Positions 10,771-20,713 of a DNA stretch of 32,084 nucleotides are shown here, in pieces. The stretch is from positions 1 through 32,084 of the forward strand of contig CANRML010000003.1 in the NCBI GenBank assembly GCA_947631725.1, read 5' to 3'. The notes under the pieces are model-generated. The model was not told where the DNA came from, made no database searches, and was given only the letters and a program-made list of their open reading frames with translations. Made by a program: the position numbers and the translations under genes. The DNA comes from an uncultured Clostridia bacterium (GTDB lineage: Bacteria; Bacillota; Clostridia; TANB77; CAG-508). Position 1 is the first letter of the stretch, and each line of letters begins with the position of its first letter.

Positions 10771-11325
10771 ATGAAATTTATTGAAAAAATCACATTAATT
10801 ATATATTCTAATATAATGCTAATTTTATCTATCATTTTATGCTTATTAGTATTTGGATGGTTAGATTTACAAGTAGTAAAAAACATTATTACAATTTGTA
10901 TCACAACAGACCCAGCATCTAAAATTGTTTTAGGAGCTAGTGTTGTATTTATATTATTATCTATTAGATGTATTTTCTTTGACCCAACTTCAAAAGAGGA
11001 AATAAAAGATAGACAAGGAGTTTTATTAGAAAACGAAAATGGAAAACTAATGATATCAAAAGAAACAATAGAAAACCTTGTAGAATCTGTAGCAGCAGAT
11101 TTTCAAGATGCAGACAATATAACAACAAGAGTAGAATTAGATAAAGAAAACAATGTTAGTATATTTGCAAATTTAGTTGTAACATCAGATGCAGTTATTA
11201 AAGATTTATCTGCAAATTTGCAAAATAAAATAAAAGAAAAAATCAAACTTGCAACAGATTTAGATGTTAAAGAAGTAAATATTTCAGTAAAAAAAGTAGC
11301 ACCTGCACAACAAGAACAAGCATAG
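10771..11325 (+). CDS. amaP: Alkaline shock response membrane anchor AmaP
   Basis: Two TM helices followed by an Asp23-like domain (G.L.ISKETIENLV); canonical position after asp23. Confidence 0.8.
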   Translation: MKFIEKITLIIYSNIMLILSIILCLLVFGWLDLQVVKNIITICITTDPASKIVLGASVVFILLSIRCIFFDPTSKEEIKDRQGVLLENENGKLMISKETIENLVESVAADFQDADNITTRVELDKENNVSIFANLVVTSDAVIKDLSANLQNKIKEKIKLATDLDVKEVNISVKKVAPAQQEQA

Positions 11326-11353
11326 TATACAGTAGAAAGGAGTAGAAGCAAAA

Positions 11354-11557
11354 ATGGAGGATTTTAAGAAATTTTTAGGTAAATATTGTGGAGCAATTAT
11401 AGGTATCATTGTTGCAATTGTTATTTTAGCTACTAGACTTTATGATTTAATTATTGGGATTGTAGTAATAGTCTTAGGAGCATTTATCGGAAATTATGTA
11501 CAACAAAATAAAGAAGATGTTAAATTAAAATTAAAAGGTTGGATAGACAAAATGTAA
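11354..11557 (+). CDS. DUF2273 small membrane protein
   Basis: 67 aa with two TM segments (GAIIG...G..IG); conserved position between amaP and nusB. Confidence 0.75.
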   Translation: MEDFKKFLGKYCGAIIGIIVAIVILATRLYDLIIGIVVIVLGAFIGNYVQQNKEDVKLKLKGWIDKM

Positions 11558-11585
11558 TAAAAAGGGCAAGCAGAAAGGAAAAGCA

Positions 11586-11988
11586 ATGAACAGAACACAG
11601 ATGCGTGAAAATGCTTTCAAATTGCTATATAGTTTGGAAATACAAAAAAGTGAGAACTTGGAAGAACAAATAGAACTATATATACAAAATAGCGAAATTG
11701 AAAGCGAAGAAGCAAAAATATATATTAAAGATGCTGTTATGCGGAATTAAAAATAATCAGCAAAAAATTGAAGAAGATATAAAAACAAATCTAAAAGAAA
11801 ATTGGAAAATTGGTAGAATTTCAAAGGTTAATTTGAGTATATTAAAATTAGCAATTTATGAAATAAAATATACTCAAGTTCCATTTAAAGTTGCAATAAA
11901 TGAGGCAGTAGAACTAGCAAAAAAATATGGAGACGAAAACTCAAAAACATTTGTAAATGGAATTTTAGCAAGTATTGTAAAAGAATAA
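11586..11988 (+). CDS. nusB: Transcription antitermination factor NusB, with a +1 frameshift at CGG 11742-11744
   Basis: ATG 11586 gives [19 protein letters not shown]...IKDAVM, then CGG AAT TAA. The +1 frame from GGA 11743 continues [11 protein letters not shown]...WKIGRISKV...[19 protein letters not shown], about 133 aa in total. Confidence 0.92.
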
Positions 11989-12008
11989 CCTCTAGGAAGG
12001 AAAAGATA

Positions 12009-13204
12009 ATGAAATATGAAAATATGGCAATCACAGTAAGTGAATTAAATAGCTATATTAAAGAAAAATTTGCAAGTGATGAATATTTAAGTAGTTTGTT
12101 AATTAAAGGAGAAATATCTAATTTTAAACATCATTATACAGGACATATGTATTTTACATTAAAAGATGAAAAATCTTTAATTAAATGTGTAATGTTTAAA
12201 ACATATGCAGAAAAATTAGACTTTACCCCAAAAGATGGGATGAAGGTTTTTGTATTAGGAAGTGTATCTGTATTTGAAAGAGATGGAATTTACCAAATTT
12301 ATGTACAAGCTATTCAAGAAGATGGAGTAGGAATATTATATAAAAAGTATGAAGAACTAAAACAAAAACTAGAAGAAAAAGGATATTTTGATATTAATCA
12401 TAAACAAAAAATCCCACAAATGCCTAATATAATAGGGGTATTAACATCTCGGAACAGGTTCAGTAATCAAAGACATTATAAATGTAGGAACAAGAAGAAA
12501 TCCAAATGTTAGAATCCGTTTATTACCAGTTCCAGTACAAGGAGAAGGTGCAGCAGAAAAAATTGCAAGTGGAATTGAGTATATGAATAAAAACAAATTA
12601 GCAGATGTATTGATACTTGCTAGAGGAGGAGGGTCATTAGAAGATTTATGGCCATTTAATGAAGAAATTGTAGCACAAGCTATATATAATTCACAAATCC
12701 CCATAATTTCTGCAGTTGGACATGAGACAGATTTTACAATTTCGGATTTCACAGCAGATTTAAGAGCACCAACACCATCTGCAGCAGCAGAATTAGCAGT
12801 TCCAGATATTTATGAAGTAAAACAAAAACTACGGTTCATATCAAAACAGGATGAGATTAGCGCTTAGTAAAAAATATGAAACATTACAATTACGACTTCA
12901 AAAATGTATGGCAAGTTATGTATTTAAAGATCCAATGAAAATGATACAAAATAAATATATACTAGTAGACCAATTTATAAAAAGATTAGAAACACAAATA
13001 CAAACAAAAAAACAAAAAGAAAAAGAACGTTATATTACTTTATTATCTAAGCTAGATGCATTAAGCCCATTGAAAACTTTAACAAGAGGATATGCAATAG
13101 TAGAGCAAAATGATAACATTATAAAAAGTGCAAAACAACTAAAAACAGGTGATGAAATAAATTTAAAATTTATGGATGGAGAAAAACTAGCAAAAATCCA
13201 ATAA
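12009..13204 (+). CDS. xseA: Exodeoxyribonuclease VII large subunit, with two +1 frameshifts at CGG 12450-12452 and CGG 12832-12834
   Basis: OB fold (GEISNFK...GHMYFTLKD), then GVLTS|[43 protein letters not shown], then [12 protein letters not shown]. The three segments join into about 397 aa. Confidence 0.92.
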
Positions 13205-13220
13205 AAGGAGAAAATAAAAA

Positions 13221-13700
13221 ATGAGAACTAGTACAAAAGTGCTAATTGGTATATTGATTATTCTTCTTATTACATTAATTGCATATGTTACATATATATT
13301 TACTCAAGAAAAATCTGTAGTTGAAAACAATACTGAAGAAGAAAATGTAGTAAATGAAATAGAAGAACAAAATGTAATAAATGAGATTGATACAAATGTA
13401 GTAGAAGAAAATACAACTACAAATACTGAGAGCAATGAAAGCACAGAAACAAATGTAGAGCCAACCCAAAACTATGTAGGAAAAGAAGAACAAGAAAGTA
13501 GTGAACAAAGTGGAACAGAAAACCCAGAACAAACAGCAATAGATTTTGCAAAAGAAAAATGGGGTGAAACAAGCAGTAGCTATAACTTTGTAGTTGAAAA
13601 TGTTGAAGGAAATGTATATCATATAGCAGTAATTTCTAATGCAATTACAATTGCATATATGGATGTAGATTTAGAAACAGGTGAAGTAACTGAAAAATAA
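13221..13700 (+). CDS. Hypothetical membrane-anchored protein (N-terminal TM, Asn/Glu/Thr-rich linker, small C-terminal domain)
   Basis: ORF with RBS AAGGAG, lying between xseA and xseB. Confidence 0.75.
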   Translation: MRTSTKVLIGILIILLITLIAYVTYIFTQEKSVVENNTEEENVVNEIEEQNVINEIDTNVVEENTTTNTESNESTETNVEPTQNYVGKEEQESSEQSGTENPEQTAIDFAKEKWGETSSSYNFVVENVEGNVYHIAVISNAITIAYMDVDLETGEVTEK

Positions 13701-13714
13701 AGGAAGGGAAAATA

Positions 13715-13933
13715 ATGGGAAAAGCAAGTTTTGAAGAAAATATAGAAGAACTTGAGAAAATTGTAACAGAATTAGAAAAAGGAGAATTGAACTTAGAAGA
13801 TTCAATGAAAAAATTCGAAGATGGAATAACAATATCAAAAAATTGTAATAAAATGCTAGAAGAAGCAGAAAAGAAGATAACAGTTTTAATAAATCAAGAT
13901 GGAAAAATAGAAGAAGAAGATTTTAAAGTATAG
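13715..13933 (+). CDS. xseB: Exodeoxyribonuclease VII small subunit
   Basis: SFEE....LE.IV..LE.G.L.LE.S...FE.G.....C...L..AE.KI. Confidence 0.95.
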   Translation: MGKASFEENIEELEKIVTELEKGELNLEDSMKKFEDGITISKNCNKMLEEAEKKITVLINQDGKIEEEDFKV

Positions 13934-13962
13934 CACAAAATAAAGGGGAGAAGTATAATAAC

Positions 13963-14403
13963 ATGAACGATATTACAGGATTTTTTCAAAATAAATATAT
14001 TATTGTACCATTATTATTGTGGTTTTTTATTCAACTATATAAAGTAATCTATGATTTAATTACAACAAAAAAATTTAATTTCAAAAGGATATTAGGAGCA
14101 GGAGGAATGCCAAGCTCACATTCAGCAGTTGTTGTAAGTCTAGCAACATTAATTGGAAAATATGAGGGTGTAAATTCTAGTATGTTTGCTATTGCTTTAA
14201 TATTAGCATGTGTAGTTATGTATGATGCTGCAGGAATTAGAAGAGCTGCTGGAAAACAAGCTAAATTATTGAATAAACTAATTGAAACACCAGGATTAAC
14301 TGGAGTAGAAGTATCAGAAAGACTAGTTGAAGTATTAGGTCATACACCAATACAAGTATTTGTTGGTGCTTTAATAGGATTGATTGCAGGCTTAGTTGCA
14401 TAA
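13963..14403 (+). CDS. Divergent PAP2 family (DUF212) membrane protein
   Basis: GGMPSSHSA, VMYDAAGIRRAAGKQA, LGHTP motifs. Confidence 0.9.
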   Translation: MNDITGFFQNKYIIVPLLLWFFIQLYKVIYDLITTKKFNFKRILGAGGMPSSHSAVVVSLATLIGKYEGVNSSMFAIALILACVVMYDAAGIRRAAGKQAKLLNKLIETPGLTGVEVSERLVEVLGHTPIQVFVGALIGLIAGLVA

Positions 14404-14436
14404 AAATAATAAAAAATGTAGAAAGGGTGATTTTAA

Positions 14437-16128
14437 ATGACAGATATCGAAATCGCAAAAAGTGTTGAACTAAAACGCATTACAGAAATTGCAAAAAAAT
14501 TGGGAATAGAGGAGGAAGAAATTGAACAATACGGAAAATACAAAGCTAAAATTTCACCAGAAGTATATGAAAAAAGAAAAAATAAAGAAAACGGAAAATT
14601 AATTTTAGTTACAGCAATAAATCCAACACCATTAGGGGAAGGAAAAACAACAATTTCTATCGCAGTAGCAGATGGATTATCAAAAATAGGTAAAAAATCA
14701 ATTTTAGCATTAAGAGAACCATCATTAGGTCCTGTATTTGGAATTAAAGGTGGTGCAGCTGGTGGAGGAAGAGTACAAGTAGCACCAATGGAAGACATTA
14801 ATTTACATTTTACAGGAGATATTCATGCAATAACAGCAGCAAATAATCTTCTTTCTAGCTTAATAGATAATCATATATATTTTGGAAATGAATTAAAAAT
14901 AAAAGAAGTAACATGGAAAAGATGTGTTGACTTAAATGATAGACAATTAAGAGTAGTTGACACAGGATTATCAGAAGAAAAAAATATTGTACCAAGAAAA
15001 GATGGATTTAATATTACTGTTGCTTCAGAAATTATGGCAATTCTTTGCTTAGCAACAGATATAGAAGATTTAAAAGAGAAATTAGGAAATATTGTTATAG
15101 GATATAATGAAGAAGGAGAGCCTGTTTATGCAAGAGATTTAAAAGCAGAAGGGGCTATGGCAGTTCTTTTAAAAGATGCTATTAAACCAAATTTAGTACA
15201 AACCTTAGAACATACTCCAGCAATTATTCATGGTGGACCATTTGCAAACATTGCACATGGATGTAATAGTATTATCGCAACAAAAATGGCATTAAAATTA
15301 GGAGATTATACAATTACAGAAGCAGGATTTGGAGCTGATTTAGGAGCTGAGAAATTCCTAGATATTAAGTGCAGAAAAGCTAAAATCAAACCAGACGCAG
15401 TAGTATTAGTAGCAACAATAAAAGCATTAAAATATCATGGAGGAGTTCCAAAAGAAGATATCCAAAAAGAAAATATGGAAGGACTAGAAAAAGGACTTAG
15501 AAACTTATTAACACATATTGATAATTTAAAAAATCGCTATGGATTAAAAGTAATTGTTGCATTAAACCGTTACTTATCAGACACAGATAAAGAAATAGCT
15601 TTCCTAGAAGAAAAGTTGAAAGAACAAAATGTTTTGCTTAGTCTAGTAGAAGGATGGGCAAAAGGTGGAGAAGGTGCAATTGATATTGCAAATAAAATTG
15701 TAAAATTGACTTCTGATACAGAATATGTTAATGAATTTTCAATGGTAAATAAAGAAGTAAATTATATATATCCATTAGAAGATGACATCAAAACAAAAAT
15801 AGAAAAAATTGCAAAAAATATATATCATGCAGCAGGAGTAGACTTTACAGATGAAGCAATTGAAAACATTGAAAAAATTCAAAAACTTGGATATAAAGAA
15901 TTACCAGTTTGTATTGCAAAAACACAATATTCATTATCAGATGATCCTAAAAATTTAACAGATGAAGGAGAATATATTATACATATTCGTGATGTAGAAT
16001 TAAAAGCAGGAGCAGGATTTGTAGTTGCATTAGCTGGAAAGATTATGACAATGCCAGGACTTCCAAGAGTACCAGCTGCAGAATCAATTACAATTGATAA
16101 AGATGGAAATGTAGAAGGAATTTTTTAG
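14437..16128 (+). CDS. fhs: Formate--tetrahydrofolate ligase
   Basis: TAINPTPLGEGKTT, GIKGGAAGGG, HGGPFANIAHGCNS, TEAGFGADLGAEKF, IMTMPGLP. Confidence 0.98.
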   Translation: MTDIEIAKSVELKRITEIAKKLGIEEEEIEQYGKYKAKISPEVYEKRKNKENGKLILVTAINPTPLGEGKTTISIAVADGLSKIGKKSILALREPSLGPVFGIKGGAAGGGRVQVAPMEDINLHFTGDIHAITAANNLLSSLIDNHIYFGNELKIKEVTWKRCVDLNDRQLRVVDTGLSEEKNIVPRKDGFNITVASEIMAILCLATDIEDLKEKLGNIVIGYNEEGEPVYARDLKAEGAMAVLLKDAIKPNLVQTLEHTPAIIHGGPFANIAHGCNSIIATKMALKLGDYTITEAGFGADLGAEKFLDIKCRKAKIKPDAVVLVATIKALKYHGGVPKEDIQKENMEGLEKGLRNLLTHIDNLKNRYGLKVIVALNRYLSDTDKEIAFLEEKLKEQNVLLSLVEGWAKGGEGAIDIANKIVKLTSDTEYVNEFSMVNKEVNYIYPLEDDIKTKIEKIAKNIYHAAGVDFTDEAIENIEKIQKLGYKELPVCIAKTQYSLSDDPKNLTDEGEYIIHIRDVELKAGAGFVVALAGKIMTMPGLPRVPAAESITIDKDGNVEGIF

Positions 16129-16156
16129 TATCAATTTATAAAAAATGGACATCCTA
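16128..16156 (+). promoter_or_regulatory. Putative SigF/SigG forespore promoter for gpr
   Basis: GTATC (16128-16132), 17 nt spacer, CATCCTA (16150-16156) preceded by GGA. gpr is forespore-expressed in Bacillus. Confidence 0.45.
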
Positions 16157-16178
16157 AAATAAAAGGAGGTTCATTTTT

Positions 16179-17114
16179 ATGTTGAATTTTAGAACAGATT
16201 TAGCATCTGAAAGAAGAGATTTATATAAAAAAGCAAATCAAATTGAAGATGAAATTCAAGGAGTTGAAAGTGAAAAAGAAGAAATAGACGAAAATTTATC
16301 AATTGAGCGTGTAAAAATAACAAATCAAGAGGGAGAAAAAGCAATAGGAAAACCAATAGGAAACTATATTACAATAGATATAAAAAAATTAAAAATTGCA
16401 CAAGAAGAAGAAATCAAAAAAGCAGCAGAGGTATTATCAAATGAATTAAAAAAGGTAGTAGACTTGCATGTTGATAAACAAGGAGAAACTCTTGTTGTAG
16501 GACTAGGAAATATTTATGTTACACCAGATAGTTTAGGCCCAAAAGTTATCAATGAAATAGAAGTAACAAGACATGTCATAAAATATTTGCCACAATATGT
16601 AGAAGAAGGTACAAGAGAAATTAGTGCAATATCACCAGGAGTTTTAGGCACAACAGGAATTGAAACTTTAGAAATATTAAAAGGAATTGTTGATAATATT
16701 CATCCAAAGCTAATAATAGTTATTGATGCATTAGCTTCAAGAAGTATAGAAAGAATTAGTAGCACTATTCAAATTTCAGATACAGGAATTATACCTGGTG
16801 CAGGAGTTGGAAATACAAGAGCAGAGATTAGTAAAAAAACATTGGGAATCCCAGTAATTGCAGTAGGGATACCAACAGTTGTTGAAACTGCAGTATTAGT
16901 AAATGATTGCTTAGATTTATTGATTGAAAAGTTACAAAATGAAGCAAAATCTAATGATATGTTAAATAATATGAAGGAAGCGGACAATTATGAAGAGATT
17001 AAAGAAGCATTAGTTCCAAATGACTATAATTTAATTGTTACTCCAAAAGAAATAGATGATTTAATTGAAAATATGAAAGATGTTGTATCAGAAGGAATAA
17101 ATGGAAGTTTGTAA
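16179..17114 (+). CDS. gpr: Germination protease GPR (SASP endopeptidase)
   Basis: RTDLA.E, VGLGN..VTPDSLGP, PGVLGTTGIET, IDALASR, LIVTPKEID. Confidence 0.96.
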   Translation: MLNFRTDLASERRDLYKKANQIEDEIQGVESEKEEIDENLSIERVKITNQEGEKAIGKPIGNYITIDIKKLKIAQEEEIKKAAEVLSNELKKVVDLHVDKQGETLVVGLGNIYVTPDSLGPKVINEIEVTRHVIKYLPQYVEEGTREISAISPGVLGTTGIETLEILKGIVDNIHPKLIIVIDALASRSIERISSTIQISDTGIIPGAGVGNTRAEISKKTLGIPVIAVGIPTVVETAVLVNDCLDLLIEKLQNEAKSNDMLNNMKEADNYEEIKEALVPNDYNLIVTPKEIDDLIENMKDVVSEGINGSL

Positions 17115-17152
17115 ACTATAAAAAAATATAAATAAAAAAATTAATAAAAAAG

Positions 17153-17181
17153 TTGCAAAAAAAAATTAGTTAATATATAAT
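17153..17181 (+). promoter_or_regulatory. SigA promoter
   Basis: TTGCAA (17153-17158), 17 nt spacer, TATAAT (17176-17181). Confidence 0.7.
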
Positions 17182-17214
17182 CATAGTAGAAAAAGTAAAA
17201 AAGGGGGAAGATTT

Positions 17215-18066
17215 ATGGCAGAAAATGAAGAGGAAAAGAAACAAATAAAAGAAAACAAGGAGACACCAAAAAAAGAAACTGCTAAGAAGGAAACTCCAAA
17301 AAAGGAAAAAGTGGAACCAGAAAAGGCAAAAGTAGAAACACCAAAAGCAGAAGCACCAAAAGAAAAAGATGTGAAAATTGCAGAACCAAAAAAAGATAAA
17401 GCTGAACCAGTAAAAGAGGAGAAAAAATTCGAAACAGTAAAAGCAAAACCAGATGCAAAAAAGACAACAACATCAACAGCAAGTACAAAAGCAGGAAAAG
17501 AGAAAAAGAAAAGTATAGTTTTTAGAACAATTGTTATTGCTATAGTATTATTAGCTATAGTTGGACTTATTTATGTAGCATTACCTTCACCGGCAAGAAC
17601 TGTACAACAAATGCTAAGAGAATTAAAGACAGGAAATTATGAAAAATTAGAAGAATATGTAGATTATGAAGAATTAATGGATGATCCTGTAATATCATCA
17701 GATGATGCAGAAAAAAGCAAATTATTTTTCAAAGATTTACAATTTACTGTAAAAAATGTAACACAAAAAGGTGATACAGCTACAATTGAATTACAAACAT
17801 CAAATAAAGATTTTAAAGTTATTGTAGAAAACTCAGCAAAGAAATTACTACAAAAATATTTTAGCAGTGAAGATGCAGAAATAGATGAAATATTACTTGA
17901 AGAATTACAAAAAGAAGACATCCCAACAGTAACAACAACTAAAGAAATTACTGTACAAAAGCAAGATGGAAAATGGAAGGTAGTTGCAGATGATAATTTA
18001 AAAGAAGCAATTTTCCCAGGACTACAGGAGTCATTAGATGCAGTAACAAATGGAGATATGTTTTAA
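17215..18066 (+). CDS. Hypothetical bitopic membrane protein (K/E/P/A-rich N-terminal repeats, TM, NTF2-like domain)
   Basis: Low-complexity N-terminus, a single TM (IVIAIVLLAIVGLIYVAL), and a C-terminal domain with GDTATI and KQDGKWKV, typical of NTF2-like DUF4878/DUF5105 domains. Confidence 0.7.
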   Translation: MAENEEEKKQIKENKETPKKETAKKETPKKEKVEPEKAKVETPKAEAPKEKDVKIAEPKKDKAEPVKEEKKFETVKAKPDAKKTTTSTASTKAGKEKKKSIVFRTIVIAIVLLAIVGLIYVALPSPARTVQQMLRELKTGNYEKLEEYVDYEELMDDPVISSDDAEKSKLFFKDLQFTVKNVTQKGDTATIELQTSNKDFKVIVENSAKKLLQKYFSSEDAEIDEILLEELQKEDIPTVTTTKEITVQKQDGKWKVVADDNLKEAIFPGLQESLDAVTNGDMF

Positions 18067-18108
18067 AAAATAGAGCCATTATGTCTAACAAACATAGTGG
18101 CTCATTTT
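18065..18108. terminator. Bidirectional terminator between convergent genes
   Basis: Hairpin GAGCCATTATGT-ctaacaa-ACATAGTGGCTC flanked by A- and T-rich tracts. Confidence 0.7.
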
Positions 18109-18962
18109 AACTTTATATCTTTTTTTGTATTTTTATATAAATTGCAAATAGGACAATCATTGCATAATTCAATACGATTTTCAAATATCAATATAAGTGT
18201 ATTTAAAAATTCGTCAATTCTATTTTCAATTAAATGTATATATATTTTTTTTGGTAATAAACTCAATAATGTATTTAATAAATAATCATTATTTGAAAAT
18301 GTAATATCAGATAAATATTTTGCATCTAGCAAATATTCATGTATATCGATTGAATTCATATCTTTATCTAAGAGAATAAAACTATCTTTAAAATACACTA
18401 AGTGTATTATATCTGACTGAGAAGCTTGAGAATTTATATATAGTTTTAATAGAGAAACAAATTCTAAATATTCTTTTTCTATTATAAACTGATTTACTGC
18501 TTCATCTACAATTTCATCTAACATAGAAAAATAACCTTTTAAACGAAAATATATAAATCCAGTTAATACAATAGATTTATTTTCTTTAAGATATAAATAA
18601 AATTGCTTTGTTAAATATGAAAACTTTTTATTAAAATAGTTAGTAAAATCATCAGTACATATGTCAAAACAATTATCTAAAATTTTTTTTCTTTCTATTG
18701 CATCAAAATAGAAATAATTTTGAGAGATGGAATCTTTCAAAAAAAATTCCTCTAATTCGTCTATAACCATATATGATAAAATATCAGAAATATCATGTAG
18801 GAAGGTATCAATATGATTACCAGCATAATGAATTATAATATTGTTATAATGCTTAAACTGATTTTGTGAAAAACAAACATTTTGTAAATTACATGCATAT
18901 AGTTCATTTAGTAGATAAGTTAGTAATGTTTCGTTGTTTGTTTTTATACAAATGGATTTCAT
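18102..18962 (-). CDS. ytxC: YtxC-like putative sporulation protein
   Basis: GFIYFRLKGY, EKEYLEFVSLLKLYI, DYLLNTLLSLLPKKIYIH, IFENRIELC..C.IC. Confidence 0.85.
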   Translation of the reverse strand: MKSICIKTNNETLLTYLLNELYACNLQNVCFSQNQFKHYNNIIIHYAGNHIDTFLHDISDILSYMVIDELEEFFLKDSISQNYFYFDAIERKKILDNCFDICTDDFTNYFNKKFSYLTKQFYLYLKENKSIVLTGFIYFRLKGYFSMLDEIVDEAVNQFIIEKEYLEFVSLLKLYINSQASQSDIIHLVYFKDSFILLDKDMNSIDIHEYLLDAKYLSDITFSNNDYLLNTLLSLLPKKIYIHLIENRIDEFLNTLILIFENRIELCNDCPICNLYKNTKKDIKLK

Positions 18963-19065
18963 CTAAAAAACTCCCTTCCTAACTAGTATCTACTAAACTA
19001 AAAAACTTATACATTATCATATGAAAAAAAGTACAAAATGAAAATTGTCCCAAAAGGGACAATTT

Positions 19066-20652
19066 CTAACTATAAATATGATAATCAATATCTGGAAATA
19101 AACAATCTTTTTCTTGAATAGATTTTAAGAAATCTTCGTCGATTTGATTTGATTTGATTTGGTAATATAACTTTGTAAAACGACCTATATGGTCTTTAAT
19201 TCTTTTTTTTGCATAATCAACCATTGTACCATTTGTTATTATAAATAGCCAGTCACTGCTTTGAGCTAATAGAAGTTCTCTAGCACATTGATTTAATGCA
19301 TCTTTTTGCACCCCTTCAGCATTTGGATAAAGGTAAGCTAATTCACACATCCTATCACCAGCAACATGCAAATGTCTGTGAACATAGTCATTTGTCTGAT
19401 TAAGCCATACCTCGCTATATCCATTAGCACCCCAACTAGAACGACAAGGAGTAGAGACCTGAATTTCTGGATATTTATCGATATATTCAGAAGGTGTAAT
19501 TAAAGAAAAATTACAGTCATCATAATAAATCTTTTTGAATAAGATATATAACCAATAAGGACCCTCATACCACCAATGTCCATAAAGTTCTGCATCATAA
19601 GGGCATAAAATTATAGGCGGATTTTCCATATAAGGACTTATTGAATTTATTTGACTCACACGAGAATCTAAAAAATGTCCAGCTTGTTTTTCAGCAGAAT
19701 CCATAGCCCATTGAGGGTTATAATAGTCTTTATACTCAGTTTTTCCTGTAATTCGATAATATTTTATTCCTGTATGAACACGAACACCATTATGAGCTAT
19801 ATATGGTTTAATATAATCATAATCAGCTTCATATCCAATATCACGATAAAATTCACGATAATTAAAATCTCCTGGATATCCATTTATTGAGCTCCATACT
19901 TGTCTAGAAGATTCTAAATCACGACCAAATGCAACAACACCATCTGGAGAAACAATAGGTGCAAAAGTTCCATAAACAGGTGTAGGATTTGCATATAAAA
20001 TACCATGTGTTTCAGTAATTACATATTCAATACCAAATTCTTTTAAATATTTATCAGCTTCAGGTACATAACCACACTCAGGAAGCCAAATACCTCTAGG
20101 TTTTCTTCCAAAATATCTTTCATATGTCTGCACTCCAACAGCTATTTGAGCTCTAACTGTCTTTTCATTAACATATAAAATAGGGAAGTATCCATGTGTT
20201 GCACCACAAGTAATAATTTCTAAAACACCAATATCTTGAAAATGTTTAAATGCTTCAATTAAATTACAATTATATACCTCTTTGAAAATATGTAAATCAT
20301 TTGAATAACGGTCATAATAGTAATGAGATAATTTATTTAGACGTTCATCATTAGCAGTTCTTTTAATTTCTTTTTCTGACAATTCAATTAATTGCTCTAA
20401 ATAATGAATATATTTTTTTTGTAGCAACTTATTGTCTAACATAGAAAGCAAAGGTGGGGTCATAGACATTGTAATCCTAAAATCAACACCCTCATCTACT
20501 AATTTTTGAAAGTTTATTAATAATGGTATATATGTTTCTGAAATTGCTTCATATAGCCAAGACTCTTCTAAATAATCATCACTTTCTGGATGATGTATAA
20601 ATGGCAAATGAGCATGCAATACAAAACTAACATATCCTTTTTTCTCTTGCAT
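19066..20652 (-). CDS. GH57 family 1,4-alpha-glucan branching enzyme (DUF1957 C-terminus)
   Basis: LHAHLPF, ETYIPL, GIWLPECGY (nucleophile), PYDAELYGHWWYEG (acid/base), RELLLAQSSDWLF. Confidence 0.93.
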   Translation of the reverse strand: MQEKKGYVSFVLHAHLPFIHHPESDDYLEESWLYEAISETYIPLLINFQKLVDEGVDFRITMSMTPPLLSMLDNKLLQKKYIHYLEQLIELSEKEIKRTANDERLNKLSHYYYDRYSNDLHIFKEVYNCNLIEAFKHFQDIGVLEIITCGATHGYFPILYVNEKTVRAQIAVGVQTYERYFGRKPRGIWLPECGYVPEADKYLKEFGIEYVITETHGILYANPTPVYGTFAPIVSPDGVVAFGRDLESSRQVWSSINGYPGDFNYREFYRDIGYEADYDYIKPYIAHNGVRVHTGIKYYRITGKTEYKDYYNPQWAMDSAEKQAGHFLDSRVSQINSISPYMENPPIILCPYDAELYGHWWYEGPYWLYILFKKIYYDDCNFSLITPSEYIDKYPEIQVSTPCRSSWGANGYSEVWLNQTNDYVHRHLHVAGDRMCELAYLYPNAEGVQKDALNQCARELLLAQSSDWLFIITNGTMVDYAKKRIKDHIGRFTKLYYQIKSNQIDEDFLKSIQEKDCLFPDIDYHIYS

Positions 20653-20713
20653 AATTAACTCCTTAAAGGGAAAAGGGAACGCCTATTATCGCATCCCTAA
20701 TTTAAATCCCTAT

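Noticed and set aside
11698-11988. ORF-track 96-aa ORF with a TTG start
   Set aside because: It is the +1-frame C-terminal half of nusB; its first 15 residues are off-frame.
12583-13204. ORFs 12583-12867 and 12851-13204 as separate genes
   Set aside because: They are consecutive segments of XseA and lack convincing RBSs of their own.
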